In this document: positions 31,901-50,552 of the stretch, one piece after another
Layout of the letters: each line of letters opens with the position of its first letter
How positions within the stretch are numbered: the stretch's first letter is position 1
Assembly: GCA_964035545.1 (NCBI GenBank)
Contig: OZ037767.1
Location: forward strand, 6,712,707-6,776,706
DNA: 64,000 nucleotides
Direction of reading: 5' to 3'
Source of the DNA: Bugula neritina
Taxonomy: Eukaryota; Animalia; Bryozoa
The notes under the pieces: generated by a model
What the model was told of the DNA's origin: nothing
The model's database searches: none
Seen by the model: the letters and a program-made list of their open reading frames with translations, nothing else
Program-made: the position numbers and the translations under genes

Positions 31901-34900
31901 AGTTCTTGAGGGAGCTACCCGAACCCCTTCTAACTAATGATCTGAACTCTCATTTTGAAGAAGCCTCAGGTTAGCATACTAGTTTGGAGTTGTCTTTACT
32001 TGAGTATTGCAAGTGTGTTTTCCTTTCTGTTTTTTTTGTTTACTCTTAAGATTGCTGTTTTTAATGGGCGGGTTTTTCTCTGTTGAGTAGCACGTCACGG
32101 ATTGCCACTGTAAGTTGTTGAGAATTTATCTTTTAACTCTTTAATCTATTGAACATGAGGGGTTAGAGCGCTTGACTTAGTAAACACAAAGTCCTTGGTT
32201 CGAACCCCAGTAAAGGCTATTGGTGATGTAAGGAAGAGCATTCAGTCATAATTGTTCCTGTGCCACATATAAATAAGTCCCTAGCCCTCTTTAAAAGAAC
32301 CTTTTCAATTAGTTATTGCTCACAGGGATAGTGACTATAAACTTGTGTGAGTTTTTATCTATTGAATGTATTACAACATATCTCTTTCTAATGATGGACG
32401 CTATTCTCAACTTCATCGCTCTCAAGATGTTTTTATAAAATCATCTGCACAGTTGTAGGCCTTCTTAACTTTGTAAACAACATCAAGTGCTTATAAAATA
32501 AGTTGATTATTCAATAGTAGTGTTTAGATATGGCATGCTGTCCTCTCCTATACTTACCTGTAATTAGATTAGATGGCCTTATGTTTGAGAGCACCTCAGC
32601 AGTAACAAACAAGTTTTAACCCTGAGCTGTTTAGGAATAACAACAATAATGATAGCACGTAGCTCCTTCGTGCTATTTGTCAGTATAAACAAGATAGCTT
32701 GAAAGTTTGGCTTTGTACTCTATTATTAATGTTTAAATATGTTCTGGAATAGTCTAAGGTTATTTCTGATTACGTAAGATGAATCAGCGTTTGAATCCCA
32801 CCACATTTTTGGCTAACTTACTCATTTTGAAAATGGAATTTAGGTACAGCAGTGGAAAATTTTTAACCGCTCAAGCTGTTTAAATTTTCTTAATAAATTT
32901 TCAGTTTGGTTTGGAACATTATTTTTGCTACATTTCTAATCTAAAACACAGGCTTTTTCTTAATTTCTACATCACTATACATCACTACTTCAATATACAA
33001 TATAACCTTCAATATGCCTTGAAAATGGCTTAAATATGCCTTGAAAATGGCATGCTGGCAGAATCTAATGTCCACTCAGATGATTTTCTATTTGTTTATA
33101 GTCTTGAAAACTAGCAAGGAGAGGTTGGAGAGACTGAATCAATGCATCAGCAATTTACCTCCTTGCAACAGAGAGCTGCTGTCCTGGATGATAGTGCACA
33201 TGAATCATGTCATTGCCAAGGTTTGATGAAAATAAATTTCTCAAAATTGATAAACTGAAAATAACTATTAAAACTCATTGCAAAGGTTTGAACGAAGCAA
33301 GAAATTTTAACTTGTTTGCTATTTTTGTCTATAAAGCACAAGTTGCCTCAACTTCTTCATTGCTGCACCTAAATGATGAATGATGAGCCTTCCAAGATCT
33401 CATTCTAAAGGAAATTACCCATTGAAATAAGTTCAAGGGGAATCCTGAATAGTATAGGCGTTTAGTATTTCTGTTTAGTATTGAAACATGCCTTTCTTTA
33501 AATCTATGAAATGTGTTTAAACTATGCCGGAAATCAGCCCTGCCTTAATTTAAAAATTATTTCTGTGTTGTAAAGTAATCTTACACACAACACACTTTTC
33601 ATACTGGCTATAAAGTTCTGTTAGTACAGGCCAGTATTCCTTGTATGGGATTTATCTATCTTGGTTTAGAAAGTTTATTTTGAAATTATCAGGAAAAGAC
33701 GAATAAGATGAGTCTGCAGAACGTCTCAATCGTCTTGTCCCCGACAATGAGGATCAGCCACAGGGTTCTCAACATCCTGTTCATGCACTCTGACCAACTC
33801 TTCTCTCATGTTAAAATTATAAGGTACGCTTTACCAATCTCACTAGACTACCCTAACTTCTACATACATCCTAAGTTCCATTTAGGAGCAGTAGTTGAGA
33901 AATTGAGATAACCTAAGTTCTTTAATTTTATTATTAAATTGGGAACATAACTTCTTTTGCTACATTTTTAATCTAGAACACAGGCTTTTCTCAATTTCTC
34001 CGTTACTGAACCAAGTTCTTTAAAAGTTATTCCAGTGAGAAATTGTATATTCTTTCTGACTTTAATTTTTCTGTGTGTACTCAACCTACTGATACAAAGT
34101 CGTGATAAGTTAAGTCAGTTGCAACTTATGTTTCAGCTTAAAATCTAAGTTGGGAATATAACTATTTGGGTGGTTATGTTAACCAAGCTACTAAAATTCT
34201 AGTTTCTGCAGCTCTAAGCATTAGTTACTGTGAAAACCTGACTACTTATTCAACTGATTCCAATTTTCCAGCTGTGAGTTGGCTTGAATTCACAATGCAA
34301 CTTAATGTTAGGAGGCTATCCTGCCCCATTCAGTAATTTCTTGGGTGTTTTCAAGAATCCAGTGTGCAAAGGACCAGGGTTATGTAATGCTTACAGTCTC
34401 TACAATTCACCCGGCAATCGTGTCATTGCTAATCAATGCTTTCAATGTTATGCAATTTGCACAACATATTACATAAGCCATTTATATTCAAGAAGCAGGG
34501 CATGCCAGTGAAGAGGCTGCTTTGATACTAACCATTCACAAGTTTAATTTGATTTTGTTTATTTGTCTGCAACTTATTTATCATGACATAAGTTGACAGG
34601 TGCTTGAGAAAATGATGTCCTTAGCATAACCAATGTAGCAAGTTATTCTTTTAAACAGCATTTATTTTCTTACATTTAATTTAATGGCAATCCAAAAAAC
34701 AATACTGAAAACATTAAAAAATAGTTGTCAATTAATAGAACATGTAACACAATCTAAAAAAGAACAGCGTTAGCTCTACTTTAAAATATGAAATAAGAAG
34801 TACAAAATTATATTGATATACACCCATTCAAGTTGCTTACATACCCACGACTATACTTCCACCTTAGAAGTGACCCAGCTAGCAGTAAATGTCTCTCACA

Positions 34901-37900
34901 GTGTACTAGAACCTGATGGAGCTAACTCATGTAACAAAGGTTAGCACGCACAGGGTTCTATGCATGGTGAGATCATATCCACAGATGGAGGCTGATTTCC
35001 ATGGCAATATCCAGCAGGTTGATGGAGGTGCTACTCCTACATGCTACTACACGAGTGTGTTCCTCTGACGGAAAGTTACTTGATTAAATAGTGACCGTTA
35101 CGTAATATTGGCTGTTATGTAATAAGCTGGCCATAGCTTAGGCTGTGCTACTATTCAGCTAGTAAGCTGTTTATGGCATCTGTTGCATGCCATGGCCCAA
35201 AGGCAGGTGCTTGTGTGCTGTTGGGAAGCAAGATAGCTCAACCAGTAGCCAGGAAGCTTACTTACAAGGGAATACAACTCCAACTCATCTTTCTTCATAG
35301 CAAACATTGCTCTCAGTCAGCTGGCTAACATATTAGAATTGCCATAATTTCATATCTGCATTGAAATACACTATACACTGCAAGCCCCTCCTCCTTCCTG
35401 TTCTGAACTAACATCTAAAGCTCTGCAGGATTGGTGATTGATACTGAAGCATATGTTATAGAATTTAGGATGCAACTGGTCGTGTATATACTTCAGAGTT
35501 TAGTAGCTGAATGAAATGACTAACTTTAAACCTAACAATGATAGTTGCTTGTAGCCTAAAATCTTAACTTTCATCTATTTGACTTATGAAGCTGATTGTC
35601 ATTATGGGAATTTTGTAAGCTAATGAAACTACACCTATAGCTTATTTAAATATTTTCATAATAACTAGATTAGATGGGAACTTGTTCAGTGTGCACAAAC
35701 TTAATGCACTTGTATATAGTAAATACTTAGCATCATTCAGTTAAAGTGTTTGGCTTAGTAAGTTTGTAGTCATGGGTTAGATTCCCAGTAAAAACCATTG
35801 GTGATGTTAGGAAGAGCATGCAGTCATAATTGCTCCTGAGTCCCATCTGAATAAGTCTTTAGCCCATTTTCAAAGAACTCCTTTCTATCAGGGATTCTCA
35901 CACAGATAGTGACTATAAACTGAATTTATAGCATCATTCACAATGATATAATAAGTTTATTAGGTCGTCACTTAATGGTCTTTTTTATACAGGTTTTTGG
36001 TTTTAAAATGTTAAATTTATCAATTTTTTGTCAAGTAAGGTTCTCTTTCAGAGAAATTAAGGAGCTACAATCCAGTATTATTATGTAACTGTTTAATTAT
36101 CAGATACAGGCCACCGCTGGCTACGGCAGCTTCAAAGTGGTCTGTTGATATGCCCGAGACAGCAGAGGCTATTGAGGAGGAACTGCACAAGCAGGAAAGT
36201 CTACTCAATAAGCTACATCAGGAGTTGTCTCACTCTCATAGCCTCAAAAACTCTGAGAAAGAAGACAGGGTGTGGGAGGTGCAGAGAGCCGTCACCCAGT
36301 TAAAGAGAAAGGTAGTTGTAAATTGCCGTAGCTAATCAAGTTAGCTTTCAGTCTGTGAGGCTATGCTTAGCTTCTACAGCTGTTGGAATTACTCGGCTAT
36401 GGACAGCTGAAAAAGCTAAATTGTTTTTTCTACTCTAATGGTTATTATATTTATTGCAAAATATTGTGATTTTACTGAAGGTGGAACAACTGAAAAGTTG
36501 TGCTGTATGCTATTGTGTGTTTTTCTGAGCAAGGCCATGCACTGAATGGAACCCTGTATGCAAATGCTATGCTCAAAGCCCTCTTTCAGCTCATAATATA
36601 TGTAAGTTCTCACTAAATTATACAATGACTGTTCTCTCAATGGTGTTTTATAGTTGAAGTTAATTGCCAAGACTCAGGCAGCGAGGCAGTTGGAACAGGC
36701 TCAGCTGGCTACCAGCAAGGTCCAGCGTGCTGACCCTAATAGACGGAGTATCAACGCTGCTGAGCTCAACTTTGCCCTTCAGTCCGGCAGCCTGAGACGA
36801 ACTCATCGCACGTCTCAGGCTGAGCTGGCGTCTGCCTCTTCCACTGCCTCTATCGCTGCCTCCACTGAAGCTCTGCACAGTCTTCACAAACAGAGTGCTG
36901 CCGCAGAGCCTAGTGGTGTTTCTAGTCACCCAAAGAAAGGGGCAGCTTCTGAAGTCCCCCCTCTTACAGGTGAGGTTATAATATGTGGCACCCTGTCTAT
37001 ATGTATGTCTGTATGTCTTTACATATGAGTGGAATTTTAGGAATTTTCATTCTAGTCTTATATTATGGTGGTTATGATAAGAAATACAGGTGATTTAACA
37101 CTGGTACTTTCTGACACTGTCAAAGTTTCACTTAGAGCTAATAAGTCAATTTGATGAAGCAGGTGCAAAATTACAGTTCTCTAAGTTATTAGTATACTTG
37201 CCTACTTTCACTCTAATAAACAGTTGTACACCCTAAATTCAGCACATGTCGTATCTATACCTGTTACACTCTGTAAGCTATTCTACTTCAGGCTTAGCCC
37301 CAAAACACATCCATGCACTCAAATAGCTGGCTCACTATTTGTTCTTATGTTGCTCTCAGCATGCTCTAGATTCTTGAAACTGTAAGCTGGTAGCACAAGC
37401 CTACCCCGTGTTTGTAATGGGGTAAGATTACGACATTTTATAACAAATTACCGGCTTCCAGTACAATAGTACTGCTTTGCTGTTGACTGGCATTGCACAA
37501 TTTTCAAATAGTTTACAAAAGTACTGGTTATATAATACAAACTGGCCGCTTTTGTCAGTATTTGAAAGTTTGAGTTTCCCATGAACTGATCAGGCTGCAG
37601 TAAAAATGAATGTTTTGAACTTCATTGCTACTCACTGCTGGCTAAAGAGATTGTATTTAATTTTAAAAAGTATGTTTTGAAAAGAACTGGTTTTAAAGAA
37701 GTTAGCTCAAGCTTGCTGAAGAAAGTTGCTTCCTGAATTTGAGTGATTATTCCAAAGAGATTTTCCATAACCACTAGAAAATATCACAATTGTCCTTGAC
37801 AGCAGGTAGGGTTGGGAGTTGTGTTTTCAATAAATAGCATATATATGGAATTAGTTTTCAAAACTAGTTCCATTTTCAAGTTAATTGCATTTCTAATAGA

Positions 37901-40900
37901 TTGGGAATTTTTTTGACATTTTGATAATGCAATACTAACAACAACAATATATTCGAAATGGGCTTTGCAAACGAATTTCATGACAGAATTAATACTAGTG
38001 CAATGAATTTTGTTTCCCTTTTTTGAGAAATGACTGATAATTTTGTTTTATAACATTGAAACAGACCCCATAAATGTATAGTCTGTCACTTGTCAAGATG
38101 ATGTGATATAACTATGTTGGCTTCAAATATCATTATCCTGGTAATATTATTCTGATTTAGAAATCCATGTATACTCCTGCAGATTTGGTGCTAAGGAGGC
38201 GTATTGGCATGTAGGAATTTTTAACTGCCAAACCATTTACAATTCACACCAATATTTTTACACAAAATGGCCAATCTCCTAGCAGAAATAATGCTTACAG
38301 TACATAATAGTAAGTTTCAGAAATCTAGATTGATTCATAAAGCACCTATACTATTGCATGTTGTATGGACACTGAAACCAAGCAGTGCCAACATTAGAAT
38401 AACTGGGAAACACCCTCTCATTATGTCATCACCATGCCAATGATACAAGACGCGGTTTAAAGGTCACTTCATTGACTACACCCTATCTAGTATTTGGAGT
38501 ATTTGCTCATTAGAAGCTGCTCTGTTAGCATTTATATTGCCCGGCTGTTGCCATTTTAATAAATGAGCTCTTTCTGTAATATCTGAATAACTTTATATAC
38601 TAACTGAAAGTTCAGTTGTGCCATCTAGTTTGTATTTAAAACGATTTAGTGTAATTTACATTTTTCCTTCCTTAGGATTAGGTGTTGAGGTCTTTATCTG
38701 AATAACTTTATATACTAACTGAAAGTTCAGTTGTGCCATCTAGTTTGTATTTAAAACGCTTCAGTGTAATTTACATTTTTCCTTCCTTAGGATTAGGTGT
38801 TGAGGTCTTTATTTTTGAATGAATAGTAAGAAATATAATTGACATCATCAAAATGCAGCAATATAATTTTTTTCCTTTATCACTTTAGTAGGTTATATAA
38901 TATCATCAGAACTTTTTATTGTTGCGCTAAACATACTTTTGATTTTAGTATTAAATAATAGTTTTCAAATGGTAAATGGGGAGGTGTTGGACTCAGCCTA
39001 TAGCGAAGATGGCACCATTCATTATTATCTTTTGTGTGTAACTTCCGGCAGTTTTGACATAGTCCTATATAGACTATTATATTCAAGTATCTTATTTTGG
39101 CTGAGAGCTCTTTGCAAACTTCAAACAAGTATTCAACTGCCAAAACTACAAATCATATTTATTTGGCTTAACTGTTGCTTCTGGTTTAAAATTCTTACTA
39201 AACAACACATTTTGTTTGTTGGCGGGAAACTGATGAAACACTTTGAGATTATTCTAGAAATAGTACAATATCTACCTGCCATATGGGCTTTGTTACTGAT
39301 TCTATTAGCCGTTTTGTTCTCTTTGTGTCTCCTAGTGCTTACAGCTAATTATAACCTAATATCAGACATCCCAGTGACTCTAGATTCAAAAATACCTTTG
39401 TGGTTTGAATAGAACTTAGCACTTTGTTTGTGAGTATCTCGTTTGTTTTTGGACTTTAATAACAGGTACCCAACTACCAACTGGCCAGTGCTTTATAATG
39501 CCTCTAATTATGGCTGGTCAAGTTGTCAACACATTATGTAACTCTCTTAACCTCCCATCAATGTTTACTTCTTCAGCTTCTCAAGTTGATAAATATTGAT
39601 TGCATCTCGTCAATTCCCTTTTCCTTAAGCTGTTTGTGGGTTTCTCCTTATGGCCAGTAGCACTCAGGTATTGTTCTGCTCTAAATATTTGTCCTGATTA
39701 TCCAAGTTCACAAGATGTGTCAAAGCACTAAACAAAATGGTTTGCATAGCAACTCAGCCTTTTGAAAATGTCATTTTCAAAGACACAAGTTCCTAATGGA
39801 CTGACAGATTGAAAATGAGTTTCTAAAATCCGGTGTAGTCCAAGATAACTTATGGTCACGTGGGAAATTTGAATTTGGAACAAAAATTTCCATTTCAGTG
39901 ATAGCTTATGTGGTAGGATTTTATAATTCTTTAAAGATTTTTTCATCATTTCAACTCCTTTTACGAAGTGCTTGAAATTTAAGTTTGATTTTTACTTGTT
40001 AGTTTTAGCCTAGTACAAAGCTATAAAGCCAACCTAAATGCTAACCACTTTGAGTTGAAATGATTAAAAGCTTTTAAAAAGCTTTTTAAAAGCCTTCAAA
40101 ATGAAGACGAACCTAGAATGGAATTTTTTTTGTCTCAAATAGTTCACAATAGAAATTGTTCAAGTTTACAATAACTTATCACAGACTCCAGGGATTTTAG
40201 AAACTCATTTCTATCTGTCAATTTACAAATTGTAGTCTTGGAACATTTGCTTTAGTTGGCACTATTTCATCACTTCTATAGAGTGGAAAGAATAATGTAG
40301 TAGAAATTGAATTTAAAAACCATCCTCATAATACCTTACTTTTGATTGTTGGGGTTTAATGTATAGTTTGTGTTGCACTTCTGGTAAATCAATTTACTAT
40401 AATGCTATGTAATGGCTGTAATACATTGAAATAAGAAAAAATAATTCAATTTTCAGAATGAAGTTACCTCCTCTTTGGTACCCCATGTACTCAATGTGCC
40501 AGCTAAGCAAGCCAATAATTATGCTTACAGAGGCAATAATACTTGTTACAGAAACATGTTTAGTTAACTCAATTTATTTGTAATGGTTGTTACTTTGTAT
40601 GATAATTTAGATTAACCAATATATAACTTTTATAATGAAAGTGTATAACTGTTGGGATTTGTTTTATTAGCCAATGAGAGTGGTGACACCCCTGTACCCC
40701 TCACAACTGACCAGTCTCCTGTAGATCCACCTTCCAGGGATCAGTTTTTAACAGGCGAGCCCTCTGCAGGTCATCTAGCTGTAGATCAGCCCTTGGCAGG
40801 TCACTTAGCTGTAGATCAGCCCTTGGCAGGTCATTCAGTTGCAGATGAACACTTGCCTAGCAGGTCACCTAATAATCTGCCGTTATCTGCTGTTGTTTCA

Positions 40901-43900
40901 AATACCACAGAGACAGGAAATGAAGTTAAGGAAGACATCCAACCCTCTACTCAGACACAAGCTCTGCCTGTTAGTAAAAGCTGTTTACTTGTTGCAATTC
41001 TAAGACTTTACTGAAATATGAGTTTAATAGTAACCTAGGTTTTTGTGTGTGGTTTTAGACCCCAGAGACAGAGGTAGCTGTGAATGCTGCTGACAATAAT
41101 CTCAAGGTGGCAGAAAATGCTGACTCAGTGTATCAGGAAGCTGCCGAGTGTGTAGCCGGGGCTGATCTGGAAATTAAGGGACAGCCAACTGGTAATAATA
41201 TGCTCATAGTGCAGCGATGTATTTTAGGATGTTATTATTTTATTTTATGAACAGAAAGCTTCTTGTGCTATTAATATTAAAAAAATGTTGAATAATTCAG
41301 TTTTTACAATGTCTAGTAAAATTGCGAATTATTTCTGAAATTTTGAAATTTCTCCACAAACTCATATTTATATAGGTTGCGTGTGACTTCATTTCGAAAC
41401 ATTCTTTTGGATTTTTTATCTTTTTCTTGTGCCAGTTCTGTTCTTTCACCTCAGATGTTATAGCATAAACAGTGTCTCTGTTCCGTTACCCTGTAGATGG
41501 AGCCGAGTCAGCTATTCTACCAGAGCAAGTGAGAAATATAAAGGTGTCAACTAGTCAAGACTCTGACATCACCCTCTCTCCTTGTAAGTTGTTTATGTTT
41601 TAAAGCAGGGCTGTCCAACAGGCGGCCCAATAGCCGGATGTGGCCCTCAGCCTACATTTATGTGGCCCTCAAAGACATAAAACTAAAATTAGTTTTCACA
41701 CATATATAAATTAGAATGAAAAACCACCTTTTAAATGTCTTATTTATATACATACTGCCAAACATAGAGCCTGTAGTAACTATTGGGACTTCATTGTGTA
41801 ATGATTCATAGGAATTTGGAATAAAATCATTTGAAAAATACTGATGCTGTGGCCCTCAGCTTAAACTAAATTTCACAATGTGGCCCTCGCCACTGGAATA
41901 TTCCCTTTCAGTTGCCCTTGCTCTGAAAAGGTTGGACACTCCTGTTTTAAAGTAACTATAAACAGTGCTCGTTTGATATTTAAAGTAACAGTATTAAAGT
42001 TGTTGTCTCTTTTTATGATCTACACTTGGGTAAACAACTCCTGGTCCATATATTGTGAACTGTGCTATGACTGTAGATACAGATGAAGGTGTTCATGAAA
42101 GCACGTCACAACAGAGTCTCTCCGATTTCAAGCCTCTTGTTTCAAGTACGGTTTCCTCTGACAGAGTTGAACTCGAAACGCAACTTGGCGACCAATCTCA
42201 AGTATGTACTCTGTTTTATTCAACTTGGTCCCGTGTAATACTGTGTCACATTGCATCATACATTAAACACAAAGTAAAACTGACAGATTTGGTGCAGTAA
42301 AACATGGCCATAAGTAAACATTATAAAATGTCCTACTTAAACAGTATGAGAATATGCAGATATCTGAAGCAGACCTTCAGGAATCAACTCTTGGTTTGAC
42401 TCCAACTGGCCAATCAGAGGTCTTGGAACCTCAAACTATCCAATCACAGATTCCAGTGCAAACAACTGGTTTGACAATGGATCCTGGGACAGCTATACTA
42501 CTGATACCAGAGAAGCTACATGCAGGTGCAGATAACTCTGACGGTAAGATGTGTATTCTACACAACTGTAAACTTCTGTATACTTGTTTGTTCATATCCA
42601 GTCAAAACATCTATATTACAATTTAAGGCATTTAGAAATGTGTTATGTGGATATTTGTTGTCAGCTGTGTTTAGAATTTACAAGAGAATTATTATAATAT
42701 TAAGTCTATTTTTGAAGACCTAAACTATAAGAATGGTAATCATGGTGTTAAAAGCTGCATTTTGTGCTTTTTTGCTAATTTGAGTTTTCAAGTCATTCAT
42801 AAACTGTTTCGAATTATTTTTTTCAATTAAGTACCGCAATGTTAGTTTGAAGCAATAGGAACTTTATTAGAAGAGATGATAATTGATACTATGTAACTTA
42901 TCTATTAAGTTTTTGTGTTGGTTCTTTAAAATTGTTGTCTCACAACCCTATGAAAATCTATTTTTATTTAAAAAATCGGACAGCCTTCTTAACAGTCATA
43001 TGCATTTACTTCTAGCTAATAGGGCATTGGAGTCACATGACCAACTCTACAATATAGCAGACGATGATGAACTGCGATTACTCATTGCTGAAGAAGCTCA
43101 ACTTATCTGGGAAGAAGAAGAGCTTATTGCTATCCGTAAGCTTACTCTTCTTGCTGTTTGTATTTCATACGATGTTGGCTAATGCCTGTAACTAAATTTA
43201 TTCCCTGGGTTCATAGGCAAACAGTTTGCTCTTGGGTTCATCATTGCTTACACTCTTCATTTAGGATCAGTAGTGAAGAAATTGAGATAGCCCTAGTTCT
43301 TTAATTTTTTTATTAAGTTTTGGTTTGGGGCGTGGGTTGAAATTCTCACTCGAACATAACTTCTCATGCTACATTTCTAATCTAGAACACAGGCTTTTCT
43401 CAATTTCTCCATTACTACACCTATACCTTACACTCATGTGATCATTTATTTATATATTTTATACTGATTTAATGTAAAAGTTTTTGGTAGCTGAGTTATG
43501 CATCTAGATAATATGTTTTGTTTCTCATATATTTCTAGAGTTTGTAGTAATTTCATTTCCCTAGCTGGTCTTTTGTCTTGTAGAAGATGAATTAAGGCAT
43601 AAGATTAATACAGAGAATATTGAGATTGAGAGACTTCAGGAGGAGATAATTGAGTATGAAGAGCTGCGTTCAATTACAACTTTAGGTTAGCTACCTTTCA
43701 ATGTGCATCTACAACTAAGGATAGCGCCCATATACCTTGGTAGAAAAGCTGCTATTTTCTATGTATTGCATTGTTGTATATAGTATTAGGTTAGCTGTGT
43801 CTCTGCACACTCGATTAGGAGATTCTTCAGTCATTAGCTTAGGCTCCCAGCATTCTTGTCACCTTCAGTTTCCCTCTATTTACCAAACCTTATTTTCCTG

Positions 43901-44436
43901 ATCATTCCTCTGTTACCTTTTTTAATTCACTTAATCAATTCGACATACTCAACATCTACCTGATTATATACTCACCCCACATGACATTACATCCTGTTTT
44001 GTATCTAGGTCACTCTTCCGAGACAATGTCCTCTGACGAGTATTACTCCTCCACCTCTGATACTGAACCCGAGGACGAATCTGCTGCTCAAGCGGAACTG
44101 GATAACCTTGTGATGACCTTGATGGAGCTGACTCAGCAGAATGAAGAGTGCGAGGTAACATGCATGTGCCCGGCTCACAGTAGCTTGCTTACAGCAAGAA
44201 ATTCATATTTTACCTTTTACTAAAAATTGTGTATTCTATTTTATTCAGTGATTTCTTGTTAAATTAGAATCAGGCGAAACCTCACTTTCGTTTGTTTGTT
44301 ACTACAGGCTAAAAATGCTGAAATGGTTAAGAAAATTCATGAGGAGCGAATGGGCTGTGTTAATGTCAAAATTCAGATTCGTCTTTTACAACAACAGATG
44401 TTAGGTGCACAGGCTGAAGAGCAAAGTCTAATATAA
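28912..44436 (+). CDS. RALBP1: RalA-binding protein 1 (RLIP76): RhoGAP, Ral-binding domain and C-terminal coiled coil
   Basis: About 19 GT-AG exons starting near 28912, 29764, 30308, 30561, 31436, 31766, 33101, 33693, 36104, 36654, 40671, 41059, 41497, 42077, 42345, 43016, 43584, 44009 and 44308. Lys-rich N-terminus; PVFGVALSLAVERT..DGIMLPVIVRECIDYIEEHG; EGIYRISG; MSLQNVSIVLSPTMRIS; WEVQRAVTQLKRK; IHEERMGCVNVKIQIRLLQ; ends QSLI*. Confidence 0.93.
32157..32356 (+). mobile_element. tRNA-derived SINE copy, uninterrupted at the MITE site
   Basis: GGGGTTAGAGCGCTTGAC...GGTTCGAACCC (A/B boxes), then the conserved core GGTGATGTAAGGAAGAGCATTCAGTCATAATTG and tail CACAGGGATAGTGACTATAA. Confidence 0.8.
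33885..34012. mobile_element. Small MITE, family GGAGCAGTA (copy 2)
   Basis: Same TIRs and interior as 22466-22605. Confidence 0.78.
35738..35925 (+). mobile_element. tRNA-derived SINE copy, more diverged
   Basis: GGTGATGTTAGGAAGAGCATGCAGTCATAATTGCTCC...ATAAGTCTTTAGCCC...CACAGATAGTGACTATAA matches the other two copies. Confidence 0.75.
37400..39450 (+). pseudogene. Heavily decayed non-LTR (CR1/L2-like) ORF2 relic in a RALBP1 intron
   Basis: Degenerate RT-like motifs in order: PVF..G...NYR (37404-37455), GF (about 37960), a DLxKxxxT-like stretch (about 38155), HHANDT (about 38430, cf. YADDT), and ALCKLQ...LQII (about 39110). Many stops. Confidence 0.4.
38581..38810. repeat. 115-bp direct tandem duplication (2 copies)
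   Basis: ATCTGAATAACTTTATATACTAAC...GGTGTTGAGGTCTTT repeated at 38581 and 38696 with about 2 mismatches. Confidence 0.92.
41606..41944. mobile_element. hAT (Charlie-like) MITE
   Basis: Ends CAGGGCTGTCCAAC / GTTGGACACTCCTG. Perfect 8-bp TSD TTTTAAAG at 41598-41605 and 41945-41952. Repeated GTGGCCC subterminal motifs. Confidence 0.9.
43264..43421. mobile_element. Small MITE, family GGAGCAGTA (copy 3)
   Basis: Same TIRs and interior as copies 1-2, with TA flanks. A partial fourth copy lies at about 32925-32980. Confidence 0.78.
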
Positions 44437-45030
44437 AACTGTTTCTGTTAATTTAATTTTCTAATGTATTTTCTTATAATTTACTTCTATTCTTTATTGT
44501 AAGATAATTTGTTTGCTATAATCCATTATTCAGTCAGCTTGAGAATTTTTGTTGTTGGTTTTAAATTATTATAATTGGCATGCTTATGCTCTGATTAACT
44601 TGTTAAGTATTTAGCGACAGTCAGTATAATATATTTTTAAAATAAACTCTAAGCTCTTTTTGTCTAAAATAAAATGGAGTCCACATTTGAACGTCATTAT
44701 TGCACGTTAAATTTCGGACTTGTCTACTCCTAATATTTGTTAAAATATGAAAAGACAACTGCTGTATAACCTCGTTTGACGAAGCACAAGGCAACAAGAA
44801 AACGCGTTCAAGATGGCCGTTTTGACTGTAGTGTGGCAGCCCCATTACAACATTTTAGCGCTGCGATCTCCATGTCTTTGGCAATCCACGTTTTATTACC
44901 TTTTAGCGCAAAGAAACTGGAATTTCAAAACTGGATTCCCTGTTATCTACTGTCAAACTTTGAGTTTTACTGTTTTTATTTTGTGTTAAACTTATTATTA
45001 ATGGAATAAATTCCTACAACGATATTGGTA

Positions 45031-50552
<5,522 letters not shown>

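Noticed and set aside
38939-39412. 157-aa hydrophobic ORF as a nested membrane-protein gene
   Set aside because: Non-ATG start, intronic, and lying within the probable decayed LINE.
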